Source of the DNA: an uncultured virus (IMG/VR IMGVR_UViG_3300015608_001800)
Taxonomy: Duplodnaviria; Heunggongvirae; Uroviricota; Caudoviricetes
DNA length: 64,000 nucleotides
IMG/VR virus record: IMGVR_UViG_3300015608_001800
Strand: one strand, 5' to 3'
The position numbers and the translations under genes are program-made. The notes under the pieces were generated by a model, which worked only from the letters and a program-made list of their open reading frames with translations, did not search any database and was not told where the DNA came from. This document shows positions 27,261 to 37,054 of this stretch, one piece after another; the first letter of the stretch is position 1, and every line of letters starts with the position of its first letter.

Positions 27261-27892
27261 TAATAACTATAATTTTTTGTCGGCTTACGGAACTTCATTT
27301 GTGAATCCGTATTATTCTTTTCGGACAAACCATTCTTTAATTTGGCTGACCTTTTTTTAAGTACCCACCCTTCATACATATCTGTTTGGGTAATTTTATC
27401 CCATAATGATTCAAAATTTTGGGTAAAAGTGTTAACAATGTAAACGTTATCATTAATTTTATTTATAAATCCATCATATTCAGTAGACGGAAATAACTCA
27501 TTCAAAAGTTGTATACGTTGATTGAATGTCATTCCTATTGTTTGAACCCCGTCATATACCAACACATCAAAGATAACTAATTTATGGTTAAAAACCTCAC
27601 CTTTTGAATTATTTTTTGATTTATTCATGTATTCACCATTAAGCACAAACCATCCTTTCCCCTTATGTAAGGAAAGAAATTCAGATTCTTTCATTTTAAC
27701 GTTTGTGATTGGTGAATTATGACGGTTATAAAGATGAACCTCTTCACCGTTTGTGAAAATTACAATGTTGGATCCATTAAGTTTTGGTTGTCCTACCCAC
27801 TCACCATTATCATACTTACTCAACTCAGAAGAAGGTAAGTTAATCTCAGGTCTTGGGGGAAATATGTACCGATACTTGTTATAAGGAATCAT
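27260..27892 (-). CDS. ATP-dependent ligase-like nucleotidyltransferase (adenylation domain only)
   Basis: QPKLNG, LNGE, IFDVL, EGWVLK, QMKFRK. Confidence 0.7.
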   Translation of the reverse strand: MIPYNKYRYIFPPRPEINLPSSELSKYDNGEWVGQPKLNGSNIVIFTNGEEVHLYNRHNSPITNVKMKESEFLSLHKGKGWFVLNGEYMNKSKNNSKGEVFNHKLVIFDVLVYDGVQTIGMTFNQRIQLLNELFPSTEYDGFINKINDNVYIVNTFTQNFESLWDKITQTDMYEGWVLKKRSAKLKNGLSEKNNTDSQMKFRKPTKNYSY

Positions 27893-27913
27893 CGGTACAA
27901 AGATAGTAATTAT

Positions 27914-28426
27914 TTATTTCTCGGCATGGAATTTTGAGAATTTTTCTCTCTTTTTGAAGAATTCTTCTTTCTTCAACATTTGTTCCTCACTATATCTAGC
28001 CTCTTCAGGTACCAAATAGTTCCATTGTTCTAAAGGTTTTAAAGACCTTAAAGATTTCATTAAGTCTTCAGAATAGGGTTTAATAATACCGTTAACACCC
28101 CAAATTTTACCTGTTCTAATGTTTCTAACTCTAGGTACCGCAGTTTCCCATTGACCTTTATTATCCCAAAATTCTACTATCTTACCAACCCAAAGTGGAT
28201 GTGGTTCATTAGAACGACAAATTACTTTATCACCTATTTTATATAAATGACCACCAATTTCGTATTCAGTCTTAGTTTTGTGTTTCTTTTTTGGTGTTTG
28301 TGTTTTCTTTTTGTCTAACACTATTTTAGCGAAAGACTCTCTATCTTTATCCGTTATCCTCGGATCTGGTTTCTTCTCAGCCCTTTTAAATGGGTTGATA
28401 CTTTGTAAAAATGTTTTAAAACTCAT
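27914..28426 (-). CDS. Hypothetical protein
   Basis: ORF in operon. Confidence 0.6.
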   Translation of the reverse strand: MSFKTFLQSINPFKRAEKKPDPRITDKDRESFAKIVLDKKKTQTPKKKHKTKTEYEIGGHLYKIGDKVICRSNEPHPLWVGKIVEFWDNKGQWETAVPRVRNIRTGKIWGVNGIIKPYSEDLMKSLRSLKPLEQWNYLVPEEARYSEEQMLKKEEFFKKREKFSKFHAEK

Positions 28427-28590
28427 TTTTTTCTAATTAATTCATATATTATGTGAAGTGGCCATAATGTTACTATCATTAATGAACCAATCACGTTTTC
28501 TGATTGAATCTTCCTCTTATTTGAGAAGTAGTTCAACCAAATAATCCCTAAAAGGACATATAACGTCCATATTCCAAATAATTTTATCAT
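28423..28590 (-). CDS. 55-aa two-helix membrane protein
   Basis: Read manually; ATGA-coupled on both sides. Confidence 0.55.
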   Translation of the reverse strand: MIKLFGIWTLYVLLGIIWLNYFSNKRKIQSENVIGSLMIVTLWPLHIIYELIRKK

Positions 28591-29066
28591 ATATCTTTAA
28601 TAATTTTATCTAAAATATCCTTATTATAAAGGTTATAAACGGGTATCTTTAAATCTTCAGCCATTCTTAAGGCTTGTCCCGTACCTCCTGTGGCTTTACC
28701 ATCTTTAGTCCAACAAACAATAAAATCTGTGGGTGATTTCAAATCTAAACCTAACACTTGGTGACAGTTTCTAGCCATTAATTTTTTGGCTCCATAAGAT
28801 AATCTACCCCAATTAGGGTGATATTTTTGAGCCATTTCAAAAGCTTCGGGTGTTGGATTGAAAAGTAGAGAAGTATTACCATTAAAACCCCTCCAAGGGA
28901 GATAAATTTCCTTCTTTTCAGCATGTTCTTCAAAGAAAGAGTCTGCTCCTGGTGCTCCACCTGACCTTAAAGTATAACCCTTTTTGTTTAAGTGTTCTAC
29001 TATACTTTTAATATCATTTTTTAATTCAGTGGGTGTTTCTCTAGAACCAATGCCGGTATAAATCAT
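28587..29066 (-). CDS. DprA/SMF-like (SLOG) Rossmann-fold protein
   Basis: YTGIGSRETP, LRSGGAPGAD.FE, GGTGQA. Confidence 0.8.
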   Translation of the reverse strand: MIYTGIGSRETPTELKNDIKSIVEHLNKKGYTLRSGGAPGADSFFEEHAEKKEIYLPWRGFNGNTSLLFNPTPEAFEMAQKYHPNWGRLSYGAKKLMARNCHQVLGLDLKSPTDFIVCWTKDGKATGGTGQALRMAEDLKIPVYNLYNKDILDKIIKDI

Positions 29067-29560
29067 TAACCTTTATTAAGAATTTCTATTTCTTTTTCTG
29101 TTAAACACTTTCTATCGTAATTGTTACGAGAAAGTTTATCTAAAATGTCGTTAACAGAATCATATTCTTCAACAGTTGGTTCGGGTTTTCTTCTGTTAAC
29201 CCTTGTGAAGGTATTACCATTTGTTTCGTCGTAAACGGTATTAGGATCGTTAATCATTTGTTTTTGAATGTCCATCATAGAATCCAACTCTTTTTTAACC
29301 TCAGGGAAAATACCTGTGTAGTATTTTGAAGGTAAGTTTACACCGTAAGATTCAGAATTTGTGATGTCAAAAACCATCATAGCTGGTCTATGAACCAATT
29401 TTTCATGTATTTCGGATGTTGAATAAGGACTATAGAAAGTACAAATAAACATACCCTTACCGTCAACAAAATTAACACCACTCTCACTGTCTGCAATGTG
29501 ATTTAAGTCTTGGTCTATACCCATTGCTGTTCCAAGTATCACTAAAAGAAATCTATTCAT
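29066..29560 (-). CDS. Hypothetical protein
   Basis: ORF after promoter motifs. Confidence 0.6.
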   Translation of the reverse strand: MNRFLLVILGTAMGIDQDLNHIADSESGVNFVDGKGMFICTFYSPYSTSEIHEKLVHRPAMMVFDITNSESYGVNLPSKYYTGIFPEVKKELDSMMDIQKQMINDPNTVYDETNGNTFTRVNRRKPEPTVEEYDSVNDILDKLSRNNYDRKCLTEKEIEILNKG

Positions 29561-29597
29561 AGTTTTTATTTATAAATATCTACAACAAATATAATCA

Positions 29598-31961
29598 TTA
29601 TCTTGAAAGAGTCAAAGAAGAAATGTTATTAACCTTCTCAATTGTCACTACATTAGTTGACCAATCCTTAACAAGTGGGTTATGTGTGATTAAAAAGATA
29701 TTATCAAACATTTCAGAACACTTTTGGAAGAAGTTACCCACCAATTCTAAATTCTCATTTGCTACTTTACCTAAAACTTCATCAAAAACGATAATATTTG
29801 GTTTAGGTAAGGAACTTATTCTAGATAAAACAACTCTTAAAGCTAAAGAACCTAGAGTTTTCTCCAATCCACTACCCTCAGTTAACAAATAGTTAATTTT
29901 CTGTCCATTCTCATCTTCTTTCTCTAACAAGAAATCAACTTCTTGTTTAGAATTAATATCGACTGTTAATCTAAAATTAGCCGAATCAGATAAAAGTCTA
30001 TCTAATTCCGAATTAAGTAAAGGCATTACATTTTTCATAATTAATTTAGTAATACCATTCTTACCAACCATTCTTGTATAGATTTCAAAAATAATCTTAA
30101 CTTCTTCCTCTATCTTAATTGTTTTAATTAACTCCTTATTCTTGCTAATTGTGTCTTCAGACCTTTCGATATCGAATTTATTACGTTGGATTCTAGCGTT
30201 TAGTTCGTCTTTCTCCCTATTAAGTCTATCTAACTTGGCGTTATAACCTAATATCTTAGAATCTAAATCTTTATTCTTCTCGATATTACCAACATTATCC
30301 TCATACTTCTTCTTAAGGTCTTTTTTCTCCTTAAGTTGTAGTCTCATATTTTCAATTTCAAGTTCAATCTTGTCAATCATGATAGATTTTCTATCATATT
30401 CATCAACCTTTTCTTTGATTTTATCTAATTTTTCAATTTCAGATTTGGCTTCCTCAATTTCAATATCTAATTCTTTAAGACCTTTATCCCACTCCTCCAA
30501 AGCTGCCTTATTTTTAGCGATTTCATCAGAATGATCAACATCTTTTAATGGTTGTTTACATAAAGAACAAAACTCACCTTCCTCTAAATTTTTAATTAAC
30601 GACTCAACAGCCTCTTTTTTGATACTTCTATGACTTCTAGCAATGTTTAAATCACTTAATTGTTGTTTCCACTCCTTATGTGTTTGAGCATCGTATTCAA
30701 TCTCAGTTAATTTATCAAATTCCTCTTTAAGGGTATCGTATTTTTCCTTAGATTTCTTACCTTTTTCAGTTATAGCCTCAATTTCTCTATCAATATCTTC
30801 AGGTCTTAATCTAATAACTTCAGTATCGATTATAATTTTTTGAGACAAAAATGTTTCTTTAATACTGTTTGCCTCATTTATCTCAACTTTTAAATCTTCT
30901 AACTTACCTTCACAGAAAGAAATATCAGAATTTAAATCATTAATCTTAACAACTAAAGTTTCAATTTCTTTGGTTAAATCACCAGAGTTATATTGGTCTG
31001 ATTTAAGGTTTTTAGCCCAAGCTGATTTAATTTCCTTAACAATCTCTTCTTTTTGTTCAATAACCTCTAACCCAATAAACTTGGAAAGTAGTCTTCCTTT
31101 TTGTGTTGGTAGTGTGTGGATTAATTCTTCTAAATTATCGGATGTGGCAATAATAGTTAATAAGAAATCATCAACATCACCTATAGATTTCTTAATAAAA
31201 TCATCAGTTTCTCTACGTTGTTCACCCTCAAGATTTTGAATCGAACCATCAGCCATTACCTTTTGGAAATTCAAATCTGTTTTAACATTATAACCTTCTT
31301 CACTTTTCTTTTTAGTTCTAGTTAAAATTCTTTCAATGATATAATCACCACCATCGATGTTAATTTTACCTTTAACTCTAACAGTATTTACATCCCTAAA
31401 TTTGTTAAATACTTGTGCAGCAACCTTTGTTCTTGTTGTTTCATTAAAGAATAAGAACAGTAATAAATCAACCGATAAAGCAGTCTTACCACCTTGATTG
31501 GCTGGGTTGGAAGAAATAGTTGTAATACCTCTTAAACCATCAAAAGAAAGTTTATTTCCATCACCGTAGGATAAGAAATTATCCCATTCAAGTTCTTTAA
31601 TATACCAATTACGGTAACGGTATTCGATATCACGAACTTGTTTTAACTTATCATTAACTTTATCGTCAAGACGAAGTAACCTATCCCAATCCACCTCAAT
31701 TTTATTACCATCTAACCATTCTTTGAACAATCTACGTTGGTAATTTGTGTCCATTACATTGTCAGCAATAGACATTTCAACCTGTCCATGTTCTGTATCG
31801 ACCTTTTTAGGTTTAAAAATTACTTGGACTTTTTCTACAGAGTATTTCTGTGCAATATACTGTTCAATTCTTTTAACCCTATCTTTAGTATAGTTTTCAG
31901 GTGCATCTTCCCATATTATACGGCAATTAGCTTTTGGTGGGATTTTTATTTTTTGTGACAT
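29598..31961 (-). CDS. sbcC: SbcC/Rad50 (gp46-like) ATPase
   Basis: NFLSYG, NQGGKT, coiled coil with CSLC hook, SGLEK, FDEV, LITH. Confidence 0.9.
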   Translation of the reverse strand: MSQKIKIPPKANCRIIWEDAPENYTKDRVKRIEQYIAQKYSVEKVQVIFKPKKVDTEHGQVEMSIADNVMDTNYQRRLFKEWLDGNKIEVDWDRLLRLDDKVNDKLKQVRDIEYRYRNWYIKELEWDNFLSYGDGNKLSFDGLRGITTISSNPANQGGKTALSVDLLLFLFFNETTRTKVAAQVFNKFRDVNTVRVKGKINIDGGDYIIERILTRTKKKSEEGYNVKTDLNFQKVMADGSIQNLEGEQRRETDDFIKKSIGDVDDFLLTIIATSDNLEELIHTLPTQKGRLLSKFIGLEVIEQKEEIVKEIKSAWAKNLKSDQYNSGDLTKEIETLVVKINDLNSDISFCEGKLEDLKVEINEANSIKETFLSQKIIIDTEVIRLRPEDIDREIEAITEKGKKSKEKYDTLKEEFDKLTEIEYDAQTHKEWKQQLSDLNIARSHRSIKKEAVESLIKNLEEGEFCSLCKQPLKDVDHSDEIAKNKAALEEWDKGLKELDIEIEEAKSEIEKLDKIKEKVDEYDRKSIMIDKIELEIENMRLQLKEKKDLKKKYEDNVGNIEKNKDLDSKILGYNAKLDRLNREKDELNARIQRNKFDIERSEDTISKNKELIKTIKIEEEVKIIFEIYTRMVGKNGITKLIMKNVMPLLNSELDRLLSDSANFRLTVDINSKQEVDFLLEKEDENGQKINYLLTEGSGLEKTLGSLALRVVLSRISSLPKPNIIVFDEVLGKVANENLELVGNFFQKCSEMFDNIFLITHNPLVKDWSTNVVTIEKVNNISSLTLSR

Positions 31962-31971
31962 ATTTATAAAT

Positions 31972-32721
31972 ATGGAATATAAAATTTGTACTTACTGTAA
32001 TATAGAAAAAGGTAGTAATTTATTTGATAGAAGTAAAAGGTCTATCGATGGATATGGTAAAATATGTAAAGAATGTCGAAAAATTATAAAAGAAAAATCA
32101 AAAAATAATAAAAATAAAACTATTGATATAGTTAAGAAAAAATGTAAAAAATGTAACACAATAAAAAATATTTGTGAGTTTGGTGTTAAAAACACTATGA
32201 GTGATGGTTATAGAAATGAGTGTAATGAATGTAGAAAAAAAGAAGAAAAAAAAAGGTACACTAATATTTCTAAAGATAAAGTTTTGATGACTAAACGTAA
32301 AGAGGCTTCAAAATTATATATGAGAAAAAGAAGAAATATATTATCTAACGATTTAGAATATAAAGAAGAAAGAAAAGTAAAAGATAAAATTTATTACGAT
32401 AAAATAAAAAGTAATCCTGAATATAAACTTAAAAAATCTTGGCGAGAAATTTTAAGAAGATATTTCAAAAGAAATGGTTTAATTAAGAAAAATAAAACAT
32501 ATAATGAATTAGGTTACACACCTAAACAACTTAAAGATAGGATTGAGTGTCAATTTAAAGAAGGTATGTCATGGGATAACTACGGTCAATGGCATATAGA
32601 TCATAAAAAACCTTTATCCCTATTCCACCCTAATACCTCACCAAAAATTGTTAATTCATTATGTAATTTACAACCTTTATGGAAGATAGATAACCTAAGA
32701 AAGGGTAAAAAGTTGCTTTAG
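31972..32721 (+). CDS. HNH homing endonuclease with Zn ribbons
   Basis: CxxC repeats; GMSWDNYGQWHIDHKKP...NLQPLW..DN. Confidence 0.88.
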   Translation: MEYKICTYCNIEKGSNLFDRSKRSIDGYGKICKECRKIIKEKSKNNKNKTIDIVKKKCKKCNTIKNICEFGVKNTMSDGYRNECNECRKKEEKKRYTNISKDKVLMTKRKEASKLYMRKRRNILSNDLEYKEERKVKDKIYYDKIKSNPEYKLKKSWREILRRYFKRNGLIKKNKTYNELGYTPKQLKDRIECQFKEGMSWDNYGQWHIDHKKPLSLFHPNTSPKIVNSLCNLQPLWKIDNLRKGKKLL

Positions 32722-32758
32722 GTGGTATTGTTACTTTTTGTTTTTCTTTAGTTGCCAT
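32714..32758 (-). pseudogene. Relic original N-terminus of SbcC
   Basis: MATKEKQKVTIPPKA versus current MSQKIKIPPKA; TAATG-coupled to upstream gene. Confidence 0.8.
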
Positions 32759-33276
32759 TACTCTCCGTATAAATCTTTATCTTTCTTTTCTTGTGGAACC
32801 CATTTAATCACATCCTTAGGTTTATCACCAAAGGGGTTTGATGTGTCTATTCTAGGTTTATTACGATTCTTTTCAATCTCTAATAAATCCTCTAATCTTT
32901 GTATTTTTTGGTACAACTTACCAAGTTCACTTCCTGAAGTTTTTTCTTTCTCTAATTTAAGTTCTCTCTCTAGTGTTTCTAGTTTTACTAATAATTCTTT
33001 AACTTGTGAATCGTCAGTAATAACTTTTTCAACAATCTTTTCGACAGGAACTTCTACCACTTTTTCTACAATTTTCTCAACAGGAACCTCAATCACCTTC
33101 TCAACAATCTTTTCAATTTCCTTTTCAATCACTTGAGGCATGATTGGTGATGTACCATATTTTTCGACATTAAAACCTTGTTTAACCATATTAATTATAA
33201 ATTGGTCTACGTTGGTTATACTGTTCATTCTACAATAATCCCATATTTCATTTTGTATATCCTTTGGTAATTCCAT
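32758..33276 (-). CDS. Hypothetical protein with VEKIVEKV(I/V)EVP repeats
   Basis: Tandem peptide repeats. Confidence 0.65.
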   Translation of the reverse strand: MELPKDIQNEIWDYCRMNSITNVDQFIINMVKQGFNVEKYGTSPIMPQVIEKEIEKIVEKVIEVPVEKIVEKVVEVPVEKIVEKVITDDSQVKELLVKLETLERELKLEKEKTSGSELGKLYQKIQRLEDLLEIEKNRNKPRIDTSNPFGDKPKDVIKWVPQEKKDKDLYGE

Positions 33277-33443
33277 TACACTAACCTTTCTGATTCTGTT
33301 TCTATATCCTCAATTGATTTTATTTTAAAAGTGTAAAAACCGTAGTCACTTTCAATCTTTTTCAATTCATGTTTTCTTGTTGGGATATCCCAAATAACGT
33401 AACCATGATTGTGAGGGTCTTCACCGAAGTCTTGTTGAATCAT
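33276..33443 (-). pseudogene. Relic/duplicate C-terminus of SbcD
   Basis: MIQQDFGEDPHNHGYVIWD...DYGFYTFKIKSIEDIE, paralogous to 33588-33815. Confidence 0.85.
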
Positions 33444-33461
33444 TAATCTTCTAACATTAAG

Positions 33462-33602
33462 ATGTCCTGTCGCAAAGTAAAAATTAATGATGAATTTAAA
33501 AATAAATTGGCTTTAGATAACGGTTTTAATATAAAAAGATTTTGGGGTTCTGAGATAAAAGATGCTGGATTTGAGGATGTTTTAATTTTACATGTTAAAT
33601 AA
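33462..33602 (+). pseudogene. Vsr/DUF559-like endonuclease C-terminal relic
   Basis: NDEFKNKLALDNGFNIKRFWGSEI. Confidence 0.6.
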
Positions 33603-33815
33603 AATTTCACTATCATTTTCAATATCTTCGATAGATTTTATTTTAAAAGTATAAAAACCATAATCTGATGGTAAATCTATTTGTTTATGGGTTAAAGTTT
33701 CAATATCCCATAACACATAACCGTGACCTGTGACTGATTCCCCAAAATCTTGGGCTATCATACTACCTGGCATTACAATTGGTGTTTTACGACAAATTTT
33801 AATTTTTTTACTCAT
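33588..33815 (-). CDS. sbcD: SbcD/Mre11 C-terminal fragment
   Basis: PIVMPGSMIAQDFGE...HGYVLWD, the segment following GDIH in SbcD. Confidence 0.75.
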   Translation of the reverse strand: MSKKIKICRKTPIVMPGSMIAQDFGESVTGHGYVLWDIETLTHKQIDLPSDYGFYTFKIKSIEDIENDSEILFNM

Positions 33816-33842
33816 TTTATATTTTATTTAATAATAACATAA

Positions 33843-34076
33843 TTAATTAATGAATTCAAACTCTTCTTCTCTTAACCTTAATTGTCTTCCTTCATCAGTT
33901 TCTACCCATTTAAAACCAGAACCAGAATCAAAATAATAATAAGCTAAAACACCTTTCAAATTATCATAATCGGTTATAATTTTAATACGTTTTTTCATTT
34001 TATATTGTGGTCTGTAATTCACTGAAACAACTTCCCAACCATTAGGTGTTATATCCCCTTCTTTATAATCTTTCAT
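33843..34076 (-). CDS. Hypothetical protein
   Basis: ORF between SbcD halves; start uncertain (34076 or 34145). Confidence 0.5.
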   Translation of the reverse strand: MKDYKEGDITPNGWEVVSVNYRPQYKMKKRIKIITDYDNLKGVLAYYYFDSGSGFKWVETDEGRQLRLREEEFEFIN

Positions 34077-34096
34077 ATTAACTATTCTTAATTTAT

Positions 34097-34654
34097 TTAA
34101 TAAATTGATAATCCATGTGGTTTTTCTAGTTCTTTTTCTTCCCATTCATTGTCTTCATTCACAATCCAACGTTTAATTGGAATTCCGTTCTCATATAAAA
34201 TTTTACCAGAAATACGAGTATTAAATGGATTATGCATCATAACTTCTCCGTTAAGGTCAGTAGGAATTTCTTTTGTACCAGTTTTTCTATTATGTCTAAA
34301 AGCTTCACCAGTAAATGGATTATATAAAACCATTTCATCTGGCAAATTAAATGGGTCACGAAGCTTCCCATTATCCCACATATAGTGTAATCTTAAATCT
34401 TCTGGTAAATCATTAAATGATAGACTATTGAAATCTACAGAGTTTTCATTAACTCTAACAACTCCTTGTTTAACTTCAACATTAATATCGCTACCGTAAA
34501 CTCTAATTGGTATCGTATCTACCCATTCTAGAATTTTCTTACTTTGTTCTTCATCGAAACCTAAGTCTTTAATTTCTTTTTTAAGGTCTCTAATTTTTGG
34601 TTCTTGTTTATTTAAGGGGTTTAAAAACTCTTTCATATTTTCTTTCTTTTTCAT
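34097..34654 (-). CDS. Hypothetical protein
   Basis: ORF after TATCTTTG (34659-34666). Confidence 0.6.
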   Translation of the reverse strand: MKKKENMKEFLNPLNKQEPKIRDLKKEIKDLGFDEEQSKKILEWVDTIPIRVYGSDINVEVKQGVVRVNENSVDFNSLSFNDLPEDLRLHYMWDNGKLRDPFNLPDEMVLYNPFTGEAFRHNRKTGTKEIPTDLNGEVMMHNPFNTRISGKILYENGIPIKRWIVNEDNEWEEKELEKPHGLSIY

Positions 34655-34734
34655 AATGCAAAGATACATAAAAAAAGCCGAACAGTCAAGTTCAGCTTTA
34701 TTATATAAATATCACCAAACAAGACAAAATAAGA

Positions 34735-35412
34735 TTAATCACAAAGAACCCAACCGTTATGTAAATAATGACTTAACATAGATTCATCAATTTCTCTTTC
34801 TTGTGTTAAATAAGTACAACTATATTTGTGGATATCGCCACACATAACCAAATCACAACCTTCAAATATGGATATATCTTTACCATCTTCAAACTCAAAT
34901 CCAACAGCTGTTTTAAGACCAATCAAAGGATCATGATACAAACCAATATAAGATACTTCTTCACCGTATAATTCTCTTGCCTCTTCTATATTAGGTCTCT
35001 CAGAACCTTCCATATGTCCGTATACACACCAAACCACATTTTCATCTTTATATGTTCCTGTGTGTTTTAAAAACATTATATTAGGATTATCCATAGTAGA
35101 AATGATGGGTGTTAAAGCATCCATTCTATCCAAATTGTTAGCCAAGAAATCGTGATTACCCAACGTAATAATAGTCTTTGCTATCTTAGAACATTTGTTT
35201 AAAAAAGTAGTAACCATATAGATAAGTTCGGGTGTCATTTGATTCTTAGAATGACAAACGTCTCCACATATAACTATTCTATCAGGTTTCAATTCCTCAC
35301 ATTCTTTGTAAAACTTCTCAAACTGTTCTGTATATTCTTCATGTCTTTTAAAAAGACGTAAGTGTATATCAGCAAGATGAGCCACAACTTTGATTTTTTT
35401 ATTTTCAGACAT
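34735..35412 (-). CDS. sbcD: SbcD/Mre11 metallophosphoesterase, N-terminal fragment
   Basis: HLADIH, GDVCH, GNHD, YH, GDIHK motifs. Confidence 0.88.
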   Translation of the reverse strand: MSENKKIKVVAHLADIHLRLFKRHEEYTEQFEKFYKECEELKPDRIVICGDVCHSKNQMTPELIYMVTTFLNKCSKIAKTIITLGNHDFLANNLDRMDALTPIISTMDNPNIMFLKHTGTYKDENVVWCVYGHMEGSERPNIEEARELYGEEVSYIGLYHDPLIGLKTAVGFEFEDGKDISIFEGCDLVMCGDIHKYSCTYLTQEREIDESMLSHYLHNGWVLCD

Positions 35413-35451
35413 ATTTATATGTATAATAACTAATGTAAAACTTTTTATTTT

Positions 35452-36282
35452 ATGAAATGGTCAAAAGACAAAATCGATATTATTAAAGATAACTATCCTA
35501 AATTTGGTAGTAAATACTGTTCTGAATTATTAGGTGTGAGTATTAGTTCCATCCAAAATATGGCCTATAAATTAAACTTATCTATTAACAAAAATGTTAA
35601 ATCTAATATTTTAAGTAAATCTAAAAATTCTACAAATATAGATTTTGATAATTTCATTCAATTAAATAAGCCAGAAATTGTTTATTTTTTGGGTCTATTT
35701 TGGGCTGATGGGTATATGTTTCAATCAAAAAATGGTTATAACAGTAACATAGGTATAGGATTAGTTAAAGAAGATATGGAAGAGTTAGAAATTCATCTAG
35801 ATAAAATAGGTGTGTGGAATAAAAGAATTAGTGATAAGAAAAATGTTTCATCATGGCGTCAAACAAAATCTTTATTAACCAACAATAAAAGAATATATAA
35901 CTTCTTAACGGAAATGGATTTTAAAGAAAAATCTTATAAGTCAGCCGATAAAATATTAAATATAATACCTAAAGAACTAAGACATTATTTTTTTAGAGGG
36001 TTAATAGATGGTGATGGTTGTTTTTATATTAGTAAAAATAAAAAACAAAAACAATTTACGATATCTAGTTCTATTGGGCAGGATTGGGAATATGTAATAA
36101 AATTATTTAATAATTTAAATATCTTAAAATATAGTATTAATAAAAATACTGGATCAAACATTAGAGTTGTGAATAAAATTGATATTATAAAATTAGGTGA
36201 TTATATCTATCAAAATTATGAAAAAGATAAAATAGGACTATCAAGAAAATATGAAAAATATCTAATGATTAAAAATGGTTAA
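35452..36282 (+). CDS. LAGLIDADG homing endonuclease
   Basis: YFLGLFWADG and FFRGLIDGDG. Confidence 0.9.
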   Translation: MKWSKDKIDIIKDNYPKFGSKYCSELLGVSISSIQNMAYKLNLSINKNVKSNILSKSKNSTNIDFDNFIQLNKPEIVYFLGLFWADGYMFQSKNGYNSNIGIGLVKEDMEELEIHLDKIGVWNKRISDKKNVSSWRQTKSLLTNNKRIYNFLTEMDFKEKSYKSADKILNIIPKELRHYFFRGLIDGDGCFYISKNKKQKQFTISSSIGQDWEYVIKLFNNLNILKYSINKNTGSNIRVVNKIDIIKLGDYIYQNYEKDKIGLSRKYEKYLMIKNG

Positions 36283-36283
36283 A

Positions 36284-36307
36284 AATATGTACTACTTTAT
36301 TAATCAT
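36284..36307 (-). pseudogene. Relic original N-terminus of SbcD (MINKVVHI)
   Basis: ATGA-coupled to upstream gene; compare current KIKVVAHLADIH. Confidence 0.55.
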
Positions 36308-36612
36308 ATAAAACTAAGTTTAGTTATTTTTTCTATCGGTCTAAAGTCTTTGGATTTGAAAACATCTGGGAATTGTCTTCTAATTTCCATTCTAACTAAT
36401 TCTCTAAGTGCTTCAACGTGATGGTCATAAGTTAACCCATAAGCTTGTAAATCATCAGTTAATTCTGGTGTTAATTTTATGTTTGTTTTTCTAACACCGT
36501 ATCTGTCTTGGAACATAACGAATTTCATCGGTACAAAAGTAAAAGCATCGTACACAGTTGGTGATGTGGAAAACCCATATTGGGCGAACTCATTTAAAAA
36601 CCATTCTTCCAT
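36304..36612 (-). CDS. Small protein resembling an internal segment of gp23-type major capsid protein
   Basis: KLTPELTDDLQAY...EAL..LV..EI resembles gp23 W(T/S)PELAQDL.A....DAEAEL...EI. Confidence 0.5.
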   Translation of the reverse strand: MEEWFLNEFAQYGFSTSPTVYDAFTFVPMKFVMFQDRYGVRKTNIKLTPELTDDLQAYGLTYDHHVEALRELVRMEIRRQFPDVFKSKDFRPIEKITKLSFI

Positions 36613-36613
36613 A

Positions 36614-37054
36614 TTATAATTTATGTTTTTTCATAAATTTTATCGGTTCAATAGGACCGTTAACTGGATCAACATAGTTATCATTCCTAAATCTAGGTCC
36701 AACCATTTCACTATATACACTAAGTAATTCGGCATGGTTGAACCCACCGATGTTATCACCATTCCACCAAGTTTTAAATTCATCTAAAACTCTTAGGGGA
36801 TTAACACCACCGTGAAAAATGTAACTATTGTCTTGCCAATTATTTTCACTCTCAACACATATCCTACGTAATAGTGGGAATATTAGTACTTCTATTTGAC
36901 CATAATCACGTTGATAATTTGGTTGGTCCTGAATAGTAAGTAGATGTCTAGCTAAAATCTCAAGTTTTAAAGCCATACGTGTTTTATGAAAATCACTTAG
37001 TTTATCTAAAAGACCAGTTACCTCCCAATTACCCACTAATAAATTTAAATCCAT
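36614..37054 (-). CDS. Small protein resembling the N-terminal segment of gp23-type major capsid protein
   Basis: W..TGLL..L...K..MA..LE and FPLLRRI. Confidence 0.55.
   Translation of the reverse strand: MDLNLLVGNWEVTGLLDKLSDFHKTRMALKLEILARHLLTIQDQPNYQRDYGQIEVLIFPLLRRICVESENNWQDNSYIFHGGVNPLRVLDEFKTWWNGDNIGGFNHAELLSVYSEMVGPRFRNDNYVDPVNGPIEPIKFMKKHKL

Noticed and set aside
33020..33130. Tandem DNA repeats
   Set aside because: They simply encode VEKIVEKV peptide repeats within a CDS.
33815..34735. Intein or group I intron interrupting sbcD
   Set aside because: No intein-like C/S start or HN end and no recognisable intron core; the interval holds ordinary ORFs, a terminator-like hairpin and promoters.
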